NCBI RefSeq assembly: GCF_006345805.1
Contig: NC_043015.1
Span: forward strand, 15,810,001-15,874,000
From: Octopus sinensis
Taxonomy: Eukaryota
Direction: 5' to 3'
DNA length: 64,000 nt
In this document: piece by piece, positions 13,213 to 23,691 of the stretch
How positions within the stretch are numbered: the stretch's first letter is position 1
Layout of the letters: each line of letters opens with the position of its first letter
Program-made: the position numbers and the translations under genes
Notes under the pieces: model-generated
Told to the model about the DNA's origin: nothing
What the model saw: only the letters and a program-made list of their open reading frames with translations
Database searches by the model: none

Positions 13213-13292
13213 AATTCCTCTATTTACATAATATCGAAGTCTCTTTCTTTCTTTTGTTGTCTTACCATTTTTATCAATATACATATATATAT

Positions 13293-13650
13293 ACTCTCTT
13301 TTACTCTTTTACTTGTTTCAGTCATTTGACTGTGGCCATGCTGGAGCACCGCATTTAGTCGAGCAAATCGACCCCAGGACTTATTTTTTTGTAAGCCTAG
13401 TACTTATTTTATCGGTCTCTTTTGCCGAACCGCTAAGTTACAGAGACGTAAACACACGGTTGTCAAGCTATGTTGGGGGGCCAAACACAGACACACACAC
13501 ACATATATATATATACATATACATATATACGACGGGCTTCTTTCAGTTTCCGTCTACCAAATCCACTCACACGGCTTTGGTCGGTCCGAGGCTATACTTG
13601 CCCAAGATGCCGCGTGGTTAGTAGGCAAGTTACTTACCACACAGCCACTC
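13293..13650 (-). mobile_element. SINE family A copy
   Basis: Same diagnostic blocks as 39011-39426. Confidence 0.85.
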
Positions 13651-13978
13651 AAAATTTTAAAATAGGATAAAATCATTATAAGAATTTATCAAGTAGTCAG
13701 CGTGAAAAACCTCATAAGGGAAAACTTCATAAATATTCCTGTTACACATTCATATCTGTGTATACGTGCATCCCCACTCTTGGCACTATTTTGTAATGAA
13801 TAGTACAAACTGTGTGTAAAGTATATAATGTATTACTACGCTGAATGGCGTCGTCCGTGTAACAAGTAAAGATAATAAACACGTAAACAATAACAATGGT
13901 TTTCATTTGGTTGTCTTTCCCATTAGAACCCAAACTACACATAACATGGTGGCAGCGGTAAATAATTAATCGGGAACT

Positions 13979-15748
13979 GTGCTTTTACAACGAAACAGAA
14001 ACACAACGAACGAGGAATTAACAAACAAAACATCGCTTCGTCTTAGGACAATAAACGACGAATCCAAGATGGTGACCCCCGTCGCCGTACAGATGAATCT
14101 ACATCCCATTATGAACTGGGATTCTAGTGATGTCGTAGAAGAATTTAAAAAATTCAAACAAAAAGCTAAACTAGCTTTCAAAAGTTTCCTGAAAGGCACA
14201 ACTGACGATGAGAAGGTAAGCTATATCCTTTTATGGTCAGGTAATAAAGGAATAGACCTTTTCAATAGCTGGGATATGTCAGAATCGGACTGCAATAACC
14301 CAGATACACTTCTTGAGAAATTTGAGAGGCACCTAGAGCCCAGGTCAAACCATAGAATTCACAGATACGAATTCCAGGGCCTGAAACAAGCCCCACAACA
14401 AACAATTGACAATTTCCTGTCAAGACTGAAAAATGTTGCAGAGAAATGCAAATTCAAAGACAGGGAGGAGAGAATTGTAGACCAATTAATATGGGGGTGT
14501 GCCCACAAAGAAGTACAAAAATCGCTAATAGGTAAGGACGCTCTCCAGTTGGTAGAAGCAGTAGACACTGCAAGAGCATTCGAAGCCACTACCAAACAGA
14601 TGGCCTCACTAAGCTTACAAACAAGCCCACTAGGTAGCAGTATAGATACTGTATCTAGGCACAGGACACATACCCACAAACAAAGAACATGCCGGTACTG
14701 TGGTACAGAGCATGAATTTAATAACCGGGAAAAATGTCCTGCATTCGGTACACACTGCAAAAGATGTGGAAAACTTAACCACTGGAAAAAAATGTGTAGG
14801 GTAACAAAATCCCAGAGATACAAGCCCCAATTTTCAAAGAGGAGCAGAAATAGAAGAGATATACATGCACAACAACAGGAACAAAGCACCTCAGAGGAGG
14901 AATTCTTGGCAATCGGCATAATAAATGTGCATGAGATGGGAAAGGACGACCGGAAGAAAGAAGATGAGGCATACACGACAATAAAAATTCAAAAGAAGGC
15001 CGGAAGGAAAAGAACAAACATAGACTTAAGGCTGAAGATAGACACTGGGGCCCAGAGTGATATCTTGCCTGTCGGCTTATACAAGAAGATGTTCCCAGAA
15101 AATATGACAGAAGAGGATAGGGTCAGGAAAGGAATCCTCACACCAAGTGATGTGGTCCTCACTGCGTACGGCGGTACCAGGATTCCACAACTGGGGAAAA
15201 CAACGATTAGGGGGACACACAAAGGGAAAACAATCGAGTGTACATTTTATGTCACAAGAACAGAAGGCCCAGCAATTCTTGGACTCGATACCTGCAGGAG
15301 GTTAAACATTGTGTCGGTCAATGCTCAAGTGAAAGCAGCTCCAAGCAGGATTGACAGTGATATGCCTATCAAAGACCGACCACCAATCACAAACAAACAG
15401 GAGATGAAAGGACTAAGCAGAAAGGTCCACCACATTGTAAATGTGACAACCGATAAGCTAGTGGAAATCAAAGAGGAAACCTCACAACAAAAGGAGGAAA
15501 TGATATCTAGTGACATCCCAAGAAGGCCATGGCAAACTATTGGAGTAGATCTATTCACAGAGGGCCAAGAATGGTATTTAATAATGGCCTGCTACTACTC
15601 CAAATTTCCATTTGTGAGAAAAGTGAAAGACCTGACAGCCAAAACAATCACTACAGTGGCTCGAGGACTCCTAGCAGACCAAGGAATACCAGAACAGATC
15701 ATATGTGAAAATGGAACCCAGTTCACATCACAAGAATTCAAAAACTAG
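13979..15748 (+). CDS. Gag-protease fused in frame to the N-terminal part of the integrase core
   Basis: Two zinc-knuckle-type motifs (CRYCGTEH...C and CKRCGKLNHWKKMC), aspartic protease LKIDTGAQSDIL, then PWQTIGVDLF..YYSKFP..GIPEQIICENGTQF. No RT YxDD or RNase H motifs. Confidence 0.9.
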   Translation: MLLQRNRNTTNEELTNKTSLRLRTINDESKMVTPVAVQMNLHPIMNWDSSDVVEEFKKFKQKAKLAFKSFLKGTTDDEKVSYILLWSGNKGIDLFNSWDMSESDCNNPDTLLEKFERHLEPRSNHRIHRYEFQGLKQAPQQTIDNFLSRLKNVAEKCKFKDREERIVDQLIWGCAHKEVQKSLIGKDALQLVEAVDTARAFEATTKQMASLSLQTSPLGSSIDTVSRHRTHTHKQRTCRYCGTEHEFNNREKCPAFGTHCKRCGKLNHWKKMCRVTKSQRYKPQFSKRSRNRRDIHAQQQEQSTSEEEFLAIGIINVHEMGKDDRKKEDEAYTTIKIQKKAGRKRTNIDLRLKIDTGAQSDILPVGLYKKMFPENMTEEDRVRKGILTPSDVVLTAYGGTRIPQLGKTTIRGTHKGKTIECTFYVTRTEGPAILGLDTCRRLNIVSVNAQVKAAPSRIDSDMPIKDRPPITNKQEMKGLSRKVHHIVNVTTDKLVEIKEETSQQKEEMISSDIPRRPWQTIGVDLFTEGQEWYLIMACYYSKFPFVRKVKDLTAKTITTVARGLLADQGIPEQIICENGTQFTSQEFKN

Positions 15749-16419
15749 CCGATGAGTATGGGTTCAATATTACAACTTCATCTCCACACTACCCCAAAGG
15801 CCATGGGTTTATAGAAAGACGGGTGCAGACAGTGAAGAGAACACTAGTCAAATGCCGAGAGACTAAGGAAGACCCACACCTGGCACTTCTGTCCCTACGA
15901 GCGACACCACTGAGAGCTGATATGAAATCCCCAGCAGAATTGCTGAATGGCAGGAAGTATAAAACTACCCTGCCAACTAAGATCCAACCTCCTATTGACC
16001 AGGAAGAGACAAGGGCAAAGCTAGCAGCCACTCAAGAACAATCACAGAGGTATTACAACAAACATGCACAATATTTACCTGAGATACTTGGAGGACAACA
16101 TGTGCATACTCAAGATCCCATAACTAAAACATGGATCCCAGCAAAGGTTGTCAGTAGAGCTGAAACTCCAAGATCGCATATAATAGAAACGGAATCTGGT
16201 AGGCAGCTGAGACGCAACAGGGCCCACATCCGCCCAACACCAGAGCTGTCGAGGAAAACGTGTACAACACCTGCTGCATTGGTGACAACACCCACAGAAT
16301 CATCACCCCAACGGGCACCAACCACATATCAGCAAGCCAACACACCTCAGACACCGGTGCGAAGCACAAGATCCACCAGATGGAGAAAGAACATTCTGCC
16401 ACCGGTTCGATATCGCTAA
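15746..16419 (+). pseudogene. Integrase core and C-terminal remainder after a 1-bp frameshift
   Basis: LADEYGFNITTSSPHYPKGHGFIERRVQTVKR..LRATP..SPAELLNGR continues the previous ORF if one A is added to the A5 run at 15740-15744. Confidence 0.88.
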
Positions 16420-16990
16420 AGAAAAAAAAAAGACAGGCTGACAATCCATGGAGCAAGGGAGACTACTCATAATTGTCTTCACTGCCAGAAGACCCCTTTA
16501 TATTTTTTCAAGAAGAAGGGATGTTACACATTCATATCTGTGTATACGTGCATCCCCACTCTTGGCACTATTTTGTAGTGAATAGTACAAACTGTGTGTA
16601 AAGTATATAATGTATTACTACGCTGAACGTCGTCGTCCGTGTAACAAGTAAAGATAATAAACACGTAAACAATAACAATGGTTGTCATTCGGTTGTCTTT
16701 CCCATTAGAACCCAAACTACACATAACAATTCCCTTTAAATATATTTATTTATATTAAGGGCATTACTAATTACATAAATGTCTCACCCTATGAATAGAA
16801 TTTTTCATGCTTTTAATCACCTCCAGGATGGGAAAATAGTGAAGTAGTTCAGTTTTCTCTCTACTTTCACCAACTTTGAAACAGATAAAAAGAATATTAT
16901 CATTCTCGGAAAAGAGAAACCAAATCTTGAGCTGGCAATCAAAACCGAAGTGGACAGCAAGGAATGTCATTGTTATTTTGATTGAAAGTA

Positions 16991-18782
16991 CCGTATTTGA
17001 CGGCATATAGGACGCACTTTTTCCCAAACAATTTGGCTCTAATATGCGTCTAATATGCGAAGTCAAGACCTGCGTCTAATATGCGAAGTCAAGACCTGCG
17101 TCTAATATGCGAAGTCAAGACCCTCCCGTAGGCTAATCTTCTCCCAGACGCTCACTAACCTAGCTTACGATAAGTATTTCTACCTATGCTAACGCCTTAA
17201 TGATATTTTCCGTACTCATGCATCATTATTTTATTGCTAGTATTATTATTTTTATTATTACCAGTATTATTACTTTAAAATACGAATTATCGTAAAAATC
17301 AAAGCAATCTACCGTAAATTGTTAGGCTGCGATCCATGACACACGTTTACTAATATCAGCTGATCGGAACCCTAACTCGATGCCATCTGACGGTGAGGAG
17401 TAAAACTACGGAATGCACATGATCGTTGCGAGTTCGTGTATATACGGAGGTAGGTTGGATATCTTGGTACAACAAAGTTTATGATCATAACAAAACACAG
17501 AACTTGAGGATGATATAAAAACGTGGGTGCTTGATGAGAGAAACTCAGGGAGAAGTGTATCTACCAAAATGATAATTCTTGAGGCCATGAGAGTAGCAGA
17601 ACAACGAGGGATACAGAACCTTGCAGGAACAGAAGGTTGGTGTTACAGGTTTATGAAACGGAAGGGTTTATCAATGCGTACAAAAACATCCATTGCACAA
17701 AAAATGCCTGCTGATTATGAAAAAAAAATATTAGATTTTCATAGATTCGTTATAAATGCAAGAAAGAAAACTTGTTTTGAACTGGGCCAAATAGGGAATA
17801 TGGACGAAGTTCCACTCACATTCGATGTACCATCCAACAGGACTGTGAGTGTCAAAGGGTCTAAAACGGTTTCGATAAAAACCACTGGCCACGAAAAGAC
17901 CCACTATACAGTAGCTCTGGCCTGTTGTGCTGATGGCATAAAACTGCCATCTCTTTTGATATTTAAGAGAAAAACTCAGCCTAAGGATAAAATTCCAAGA
18001 GGTGTACTAGTTCATGTTCACGAAAAAGGCTGGATGGACGAAAATGGAATGAAACTGTGGTTACAAAATATATGGTCAAGGCGTCCTGGTGGACTATTAA
18101 GAAAACCTTCTCTTCTGGTTTGGGATCAGTTTAGAGCACATAGAACTGAAGCCATTAAAAAAAGGGTGGGAGAATTGAAAACGCAGTTAGCTGTCATTCC
18201 TGGTGGACTGACGAGCCAATTGCAACCTTTAGATGTGTCTGTGAATAAGCCATTTAAGCAGAACATGCGTGAACATTGGAACAAGTGGATGGCAGAGCCA
18301 CATCATGCCCTCACACCCACAGGAAGAATGAAGCGGCCCACCATTGCTGAAGTGTGTGAGTGGGTGAAGAAATCTTGGGATGATGTTAGACCTGAAATCA
18401 TTGTGAAGGCTTTTAAGAAGTGTGGCATTAGCAATGCCCTTGATGGCACAGAAGATGATGCATTATTTGAAGACAGTGATTTCTGCAGTAGTGATGAAGA
18501 TGTTCCTTGTTTTGAAGATGATGAAGACTTTTCTGGTGTAGAAGATGATGAAGAGTTTTCTGGTTAAAAAGATGATTAAAGATGATTACTATTGTAATTT
18601 GTATGCTTTCCTTTTGTATGCTTGCTTTTATACAGCAATGTTTTCTGCTTTTGTAATGTGCTGCTAGACTGCTTTCAACAATATATGCTTAAATACACTT
18701 AAAACTTTTTTTCATGAATTTGACTTGCTGAAATGAGGGTGCGTCTAATATGCCAGTGCGTCTACTATGCCGTCAAATACGG
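16991..18782 (+). mobile_element. pogo-superfamily DNA transposon (CCGTA TIRs, DD35D; POGK/Passer-like)
   Basis: TIRs CCGTATTTGACGGCATA (17 bp perfect, about 27 bp imperfect) and TA TSD at both ends (16989-90 and 18783-84). Confidence 0.95.
17527..18567 (+). CDS. pogo-type transposase (CENP-B HTH + DDE_1), N-terminally truncated
   Basis: GWCYRFMKRKGLS HTH, then GNMDEVP, LLVWDQFRAH and LQPLDVSVNKPFK, with 35 residues between D2 and D3, and an acidic tail. The frame extends upstream only to about 17491 (TELEDDIKTWV) before a TAA. Confidence 0.9.
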   Translation: MLDERNSGRSVSTKMIILEAMRVAEQRGIQNLAGTEGWCYRFMKRKGLSMRTKTSIAQKMPADYEKKILDFHRFVINARKKTCFELGQIGNMDEVPLTFDVPSNRTVSVKGSKTVSIKTTGHEKTHYTVALACCADGIKLPSLLIFKRKTQPKDKIPRGVLVHVHEKGWMDENGMKLWLQNIWSRRPGGLLRKPSLLVWDQFRAHRTEAIKKRVGELKTQLAVIPGGLTSQLQPLDVSVNKPFKQNMREHWNKWMAEPHHALTPTGRMKRPTIAEVCEWVKKSWDDVRPEIIVKAFKKCGISNALDGTEDDALFEDSDFCSSDEDVPCFEDDEDFSGVEDDEEFSG

Positions 18783-18914
18783 TATTATAAATAGTCTAAA
18801 TGAATGACGAGATGACCCATTCTGAACAATTTTTTCTGTTTCTCATGTCTGTTAGTTTGTCAGTACAAGAACACATTTTCTCAGCTTCGAATGGATACCG
18901 AAAACGAATATCAC

Positions 18915-19105
18915 TCTCAAGTGATATTCAAAATGAAATCATTTAATTGTACAGCTGTTACAAGTGAAGGTATAATTAAGCAAATGATCGAAAAAAATCA
19001 ACATTTATAGCTATCATGTTTGGTGAGACTACAGGCCTTCTAATGAAATCTTAACAGTCTTGCGATTTGTTGATGAAAAGGAAAGGCTTCAAGAAAGGTT
19101 GCGGG
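18915..19105 (+). mobile_element. hAT transposase relic (DUF4371/ZMYM type)
   Basis: Frameshifted peptides SSDIQNEII, FIAIMFGETT and LTVLRFVDEKERLQER resemble the hAT motif SPDIQNEII..FSIIADETTD..LRYVD..IQERF. Confidence 0.55.
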
Positions 19106-19614
19106 CAGAAGTGGGGAAACTCCTGCCGGCGGGCGCAATTGCGCCCGCAGGCTGGTATACTCCTATGTACAAAATATAGTAAATTTTTCGACTATAAAAT
19201 TTATACAATATTCGTATGCCTATTTGCGACAATAGGTCGCGTTTCCACTACGACTTTAAACGGTTAAACTCAAACAGAAAATCGTCCGATAATTGCCATT
19301 TGAATAGAAATTTTGTTTTCACTATAAAACACATATTGCTAGGTTTGTACCACCTCTTTGAGACCCAACTACACTTTAGCTGAAAAAAATAGAATTCCTC
19401 ATAAGTAATATAAACCTCCTAAATTCGGTGGCAACGTTAATGAAGATGTTACGCGTTAATATAATGTCTTAAACTTATCTTTATTAATGCACATCGATTT
19501 ATACATAGATATATACAAGATTTACACAGATATGAGTTAAAATTGGTGATCCGCCCGCGGACCTTTTTCCTTGGAAATTTTTGCACGCCACACTAAAAAG
19601 TTTCCCCAACCCTA
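19106..19614 (+). mobile_element. Putative non-autonomous hAT (Charlie/MER58-style) element
   Basis: Imperfect 16-bp TIRs (CAGAAGTGGGGAAACT / AGTTTCCCCAACCCTA) and a subterminal GC palindrome GCGGGCGCAATTGCGCCCGC (19129-19148). No TSD recognisable. Confidence 0.45.
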
Positions 19615-19971
19615 AAGTTTAGGGAATCAGTCGATGTCAGTAAAGAGATAAAAACTGCATCCCTGACAGAAGTTGTACATTGTTATAAACATTCACTTAA
19701 TTTGATACTCTCTCAATCAGCTTCAAGAGTTCGTGAATGTCGAATTTTCTTCCAAACTTTAAAAAGAATTTCGAATTTTCTTCAACAACGACGGTTTAGA
19801 TAGCTCCTACTGGTTAAAATCATTGGAAGGTGATTTCCAAAGTTATACTTGCGTTTCTCGTTACTTACTAACTACATCAAAACGGTACGTTGTAGGGGGG
19901 GGGGACTATTTTAATTTTCACACTCCCCATATCTCAAAGCATATATAATACTACGCTTTTCACGGAAGACA

Positions 19972-20098
19972 GAATAGTACCTCGGTTTTTTAACAACTCT
20001 GATCACGAACAAATCGTGCTTTATATATATTAGATACAGATATATAAGAGGCACGATTTATTCGTGATCAGAGTTGTTCAAAAACCGAGGTTCTACTG
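19972..20098. mobile_element. Tc1/pogo-type MITE (hairpin)
   Basis: About 45-bp inverted arms (19975-20019 and 20051-20095). The right end reads CAGTAGAACCTCGG on the minus strand and is followed by TA. Confidence 0.7.
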
Positions 20099-20124
20099 TA
20101 TATGTATGTATGTATGTATATATG

Positions 20125-20212
<88 letters not shown>

Positions 20213-20215
<3 letters not shown>

Positions 20216-20624
20216 GCTGTGTGGTAAGTAGCTTGCTAACCAACCACATGGTTCCGGGTTCAGTCCCACTGCGTGGCATCTTGGGCAAGTGTCTTCTGCT
20301 ATAGCCCCGGGCCGACCAATGCCTTGTGAGTGGATTTGGTAGACGGAAACTGAAAGAAGCCTGTCGTATATATGTGTATATATATATGTGTGTGTGTGGG
20401 GGGGGGGTTGTGTGTCTGTGTTTGTCCCCCTAGCATTGCTTGACAGCCGATGCTGGTGTGTTTACGTCCCCGTCACTTAGCGGTTCGGCAAAAGAGACCG
20501 ATAGAATAAGTACTGGGCTTACAAAGAATTAGTCCCGGGGTCGATTTGATTGACTAAAGGCGGTGCTCCAGCATGGCTGCAGTCAAATGACTGAAACAAG
20601 TAAAAGAGTAAATAGTAAAAGAGT
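20213..20624 (+). mobile_element. SINE family A, near full length, CpG retained
   Basis: tRNA-like head GTGGCTGTGTGGTAAG...GGTTCAGTCCC, CORE-like CTTGGGCAAGTGTC, internal TA/TG tract and GTAAAAGAGTA tail repeats. Confidence 0.9.
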
Positions 20625-20634
20625 ATATATATAT

Positions 20635-20665
<31 letters not shown>

Positions 20666-20712
20666 GTATGTGCATATATATATACGTATGCGTATGTATA
20701 TATATATATATA

Positions 20713-20761
<49 letters not shown>

Positions 20762-20768
20762 TTCTGTA

Positions 20769-20812
<44 letters not shown>

Positions 20813-21029
20813 TACATATATATATATTTAATAGAAGTGACAGAATGACTCACGGGACAAAGATTTTTCATATATTGGCTCTTATCAAATGCACAAAACT
20901 CTCACCCCTTGAGTCACTCTGTTGCTTCTGCTAAATAGTAATAAAAATGTACATATACTCATATTTTGACCTCTATTTTTCCTGTTTGCATCACCTTACT
21001 AGTATATATATATGCTAGTAAGGTATATA

Positions 21030-21350
21030 GGCGGAGGAGTGGCTGTGTGTTAAGAAGCTTGCTTCTCAACCATATGGTTCTGTGTTCAGTCCCACTGTGT
21101 GGCACCTTGGGTAAGTGTCTTCTACCATAGCCTCGGGCCTACCAAAGCCTTGTGAGTAGATTTGGTAGGCCGAAACTGAAAGAAGCCTGTCGTGTATATA
21201 TATATATTGTGTGTGTGTATTTGTGTGAGACCGATTGAATGAATACTAGGCTTACAAAGAATAAGTTCTGGGATCGATTTGTTCGAGTAAAGGCGGTGCT
21301 CCAGCACAGCCGCAGTCAAAATGACAGAAACAACTAAGAGAATAAAAGAA
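21030..21350 (+). mobile_element. SINE family A copy with internal deletion
   Basis: Same head and tail as 20213-20624. Confidence 0.85.
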
Positions 21351-22800
21351 TATATATATATATATATATATATATGCGTGTGTGTGTGTGTGTGGAGAGG
21401 GAGAGATAGTGCAAGAGAGAGATGTGTGTATGTATGAAATTAGTCACAAAACTTTAAACAAAGATACAGTAGGTTTCATAAATATACCATAGTGTTTACT
21501 GATAGATGTTCTCAATAAAATATTAACTCTTAGACATAATTCCATATGGAAGAGTTTATGAACGTTTATAAATTAACAAAATTTACCTGTTAATATATAG
21601 CACGATCCAGAGCAGTCTTTACTTAAGTCTCCAGTCACTGCTAGAGTTAAGGTAAAAAGCTAAGTAAATAGTTTGCCCATGTATCTTAGTAATCTGCCCT
21701 GATTACACCCAAAGTAAACAGAACTACATTCACATATCACAATAACTTTACATTAAGTGGTTTCTAAGCACTAAATAGCACACCTACAATGTGTTCTCAA
21801 TATTCAATGTTGTGAGCAGAAGTAATCTCTTTGTAATTTGAATTTACTAGCAAGTTTTGATTCATAAAGTCATTATGCTTCTGTAAAAAGAAAAGTGTTC
21901 TTAGAAAAGTTACAGTATGGTGTGCTTCACTCTATAAATATTAGGCTTTAACCAAGTCTAGTAAAAGCAGTGTGTATCATGTTATTCATATTTTCTTGAA
22001 CGAATTTTAGTAGGACTGACTTGTGTGGTAAGAAGTTTGCTTCCCAACCACATACTTCCAGGTTCGGTCTCACAGCATGGTACCTTGAACAGGTGTTTTC
22101 TATTATAATTTCGAGCCAACCAAAGCCTTGTGAGTGGATTTAGTAGACGGAAACTGAAAGAAGCTTGTCATATCTATCTATCAATCTATATCATTATCAT
22201 CATCATCGTTTAACACCCACCTTCCAGGCTGACATGGGTCGGGTGGTTTGACAGGAGCCTGCACCAGACTTCTGCACCTGTTTTACATAGATATATACAA
22301 ACATACATACATACATACATACATACATACATACATACATACATACATACATACATACATACATTCATACATGCATACATATATATATATAGTTGAAATT
22401 TACAGAAAAAAGACGAAGACAGGTGTATAAACAACAAGCAGATGTATTAGTTTGATGCTCGGGAAGGTGGGAAAGTATTTTATGCTTCGAGCCTACGCTC
22501 TTCAACAGAAAGAAACACGAGGAAATGAACAGAGAGAGAGAATAAAAAAAACCTTTGGAGTTAGCGGTCAATCATGGCTACTGGTTGGACAAAGGTAGTT
22601 AGGAGATCTAGGAAGACGGGGAAGTAATAAAGTACTGGTGATCTCAAAACAATGATGCACATGCGTGTGTGTATGTGAGTGTGTGTGTGTGTGGATAGGG
22701 GCTGGTGACTTTGACGTGTGGATGTGAGTGTGTGTAAATATCTGCATCTGTAATGTATGGATGTGTGGGTGCTGGGAAGTGGTCAGTGATAATATATATA

Positions 22801-23675
22801 TCACCTTGATCACCTTGACCGACCAGTCCGTCGGGCGTCCATTTAACCACGCTGGTCACAGCACGCTGTCCACTCCTCTCTGGATCGCGCCTTTCTCATC
22901 CACGTGATCCCAATCGCCCTCCTGAAATCGTAACTCCACCGTCGTAAGGCCTTCCGAGTGGTCGTTTCCGTTCACACGGGTACCACTCGACAACTGCGCG
23001 GGTCCACCGATTATCGATGAGCCGGGCGACGTCTCCAGCCCATCTAAACTTGCTGCGTGTATATTCAACGATGACATCCCTCACGCCGGACTTCTCTCTG
23101 ATGACCTCGCTACTGATGTGCTCTCTCAACGAGATTCCAAGCATTGACCTCTCCATGGCTCTTTGAGCCGTTACCAATCTCTGTTCTTCTCTCTTTGTTG
23201 TAGCCCATGTTTCACTACCATATAACATTGCAGCTAGAACTGTGTTATTGATGAGGTTGGCGCAGGTGGTATTGTCCAACCTTCTCTTGAGCACATCCCT
23301 TATGCCATTAAACGCCTTCCATCCGGCCCTTACTCTCCATGAGGTCCCCTTTTCGATATCTCGGCACATATTCACTTCCTGTCCCAAGTAGACATATTCC
23401 CTTACCTCCTCTATTTCATCACTGCCGATCACCATTCGGCCTGTTGGTACATTGTCTGACCGTATGAATTTCGTTTTCATGCGGTTCATCTTGAGACCTA
23501 ATGCAGAGCTTTTGATGTCGAGCTCCGTCAGCATGGTCTGAAGCTGATCCATGGTTTTAACGATGACTACGATATCCTCAGCGAAACGGAGGTGGATGAG
23601 TAGCTCACCATTGATGTTCACACCGCCTTGCCAGTCGATGCCTCTGATGATCTGCTCGAGAATGCGGTGAAAAGT
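22801..23675 (-). mobile_element. 5'-truncated RTE-clade LINE (RT C-terminus, 3' UTR and TCACCTTGA tail repeats)
   Basis: ORF 22896-23621 contains HLRFAEDIV, YVYLGQ, AMLYGSETW, KFRWAGDVARL and KRPLGRP. The 3' end has duplicated TCACCTTGA. Confidence 0.92.
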
Positions 23676-23691
23676 TATATATATATATATA

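Larger units (their letters stand above)
13740..16728 (+). mobile_element. Ty3/Gypsy (Mag-like) LTR retrotransposon, internally deleted (no RT or RNase H)
   Basis: 207-bp LTRs at 13740-13946 and 16522-16728 (TGTTA...TAACA, 5 differences). 5-bp TSD ATTCC on both sides. PBS TGGTGGCAGCGG at 13947, complementary to the tRNA-Leu 3' end. PPT AAGAAGAAGGGA at 16510-16521. Confidence 0.97.

Noticed and set aside
17045-17122. Three exact 26-bp repeats as a CRISPR-like array
   Set aside because: No spacers, eukaryotic context, and located inside a transposon subterminal region.
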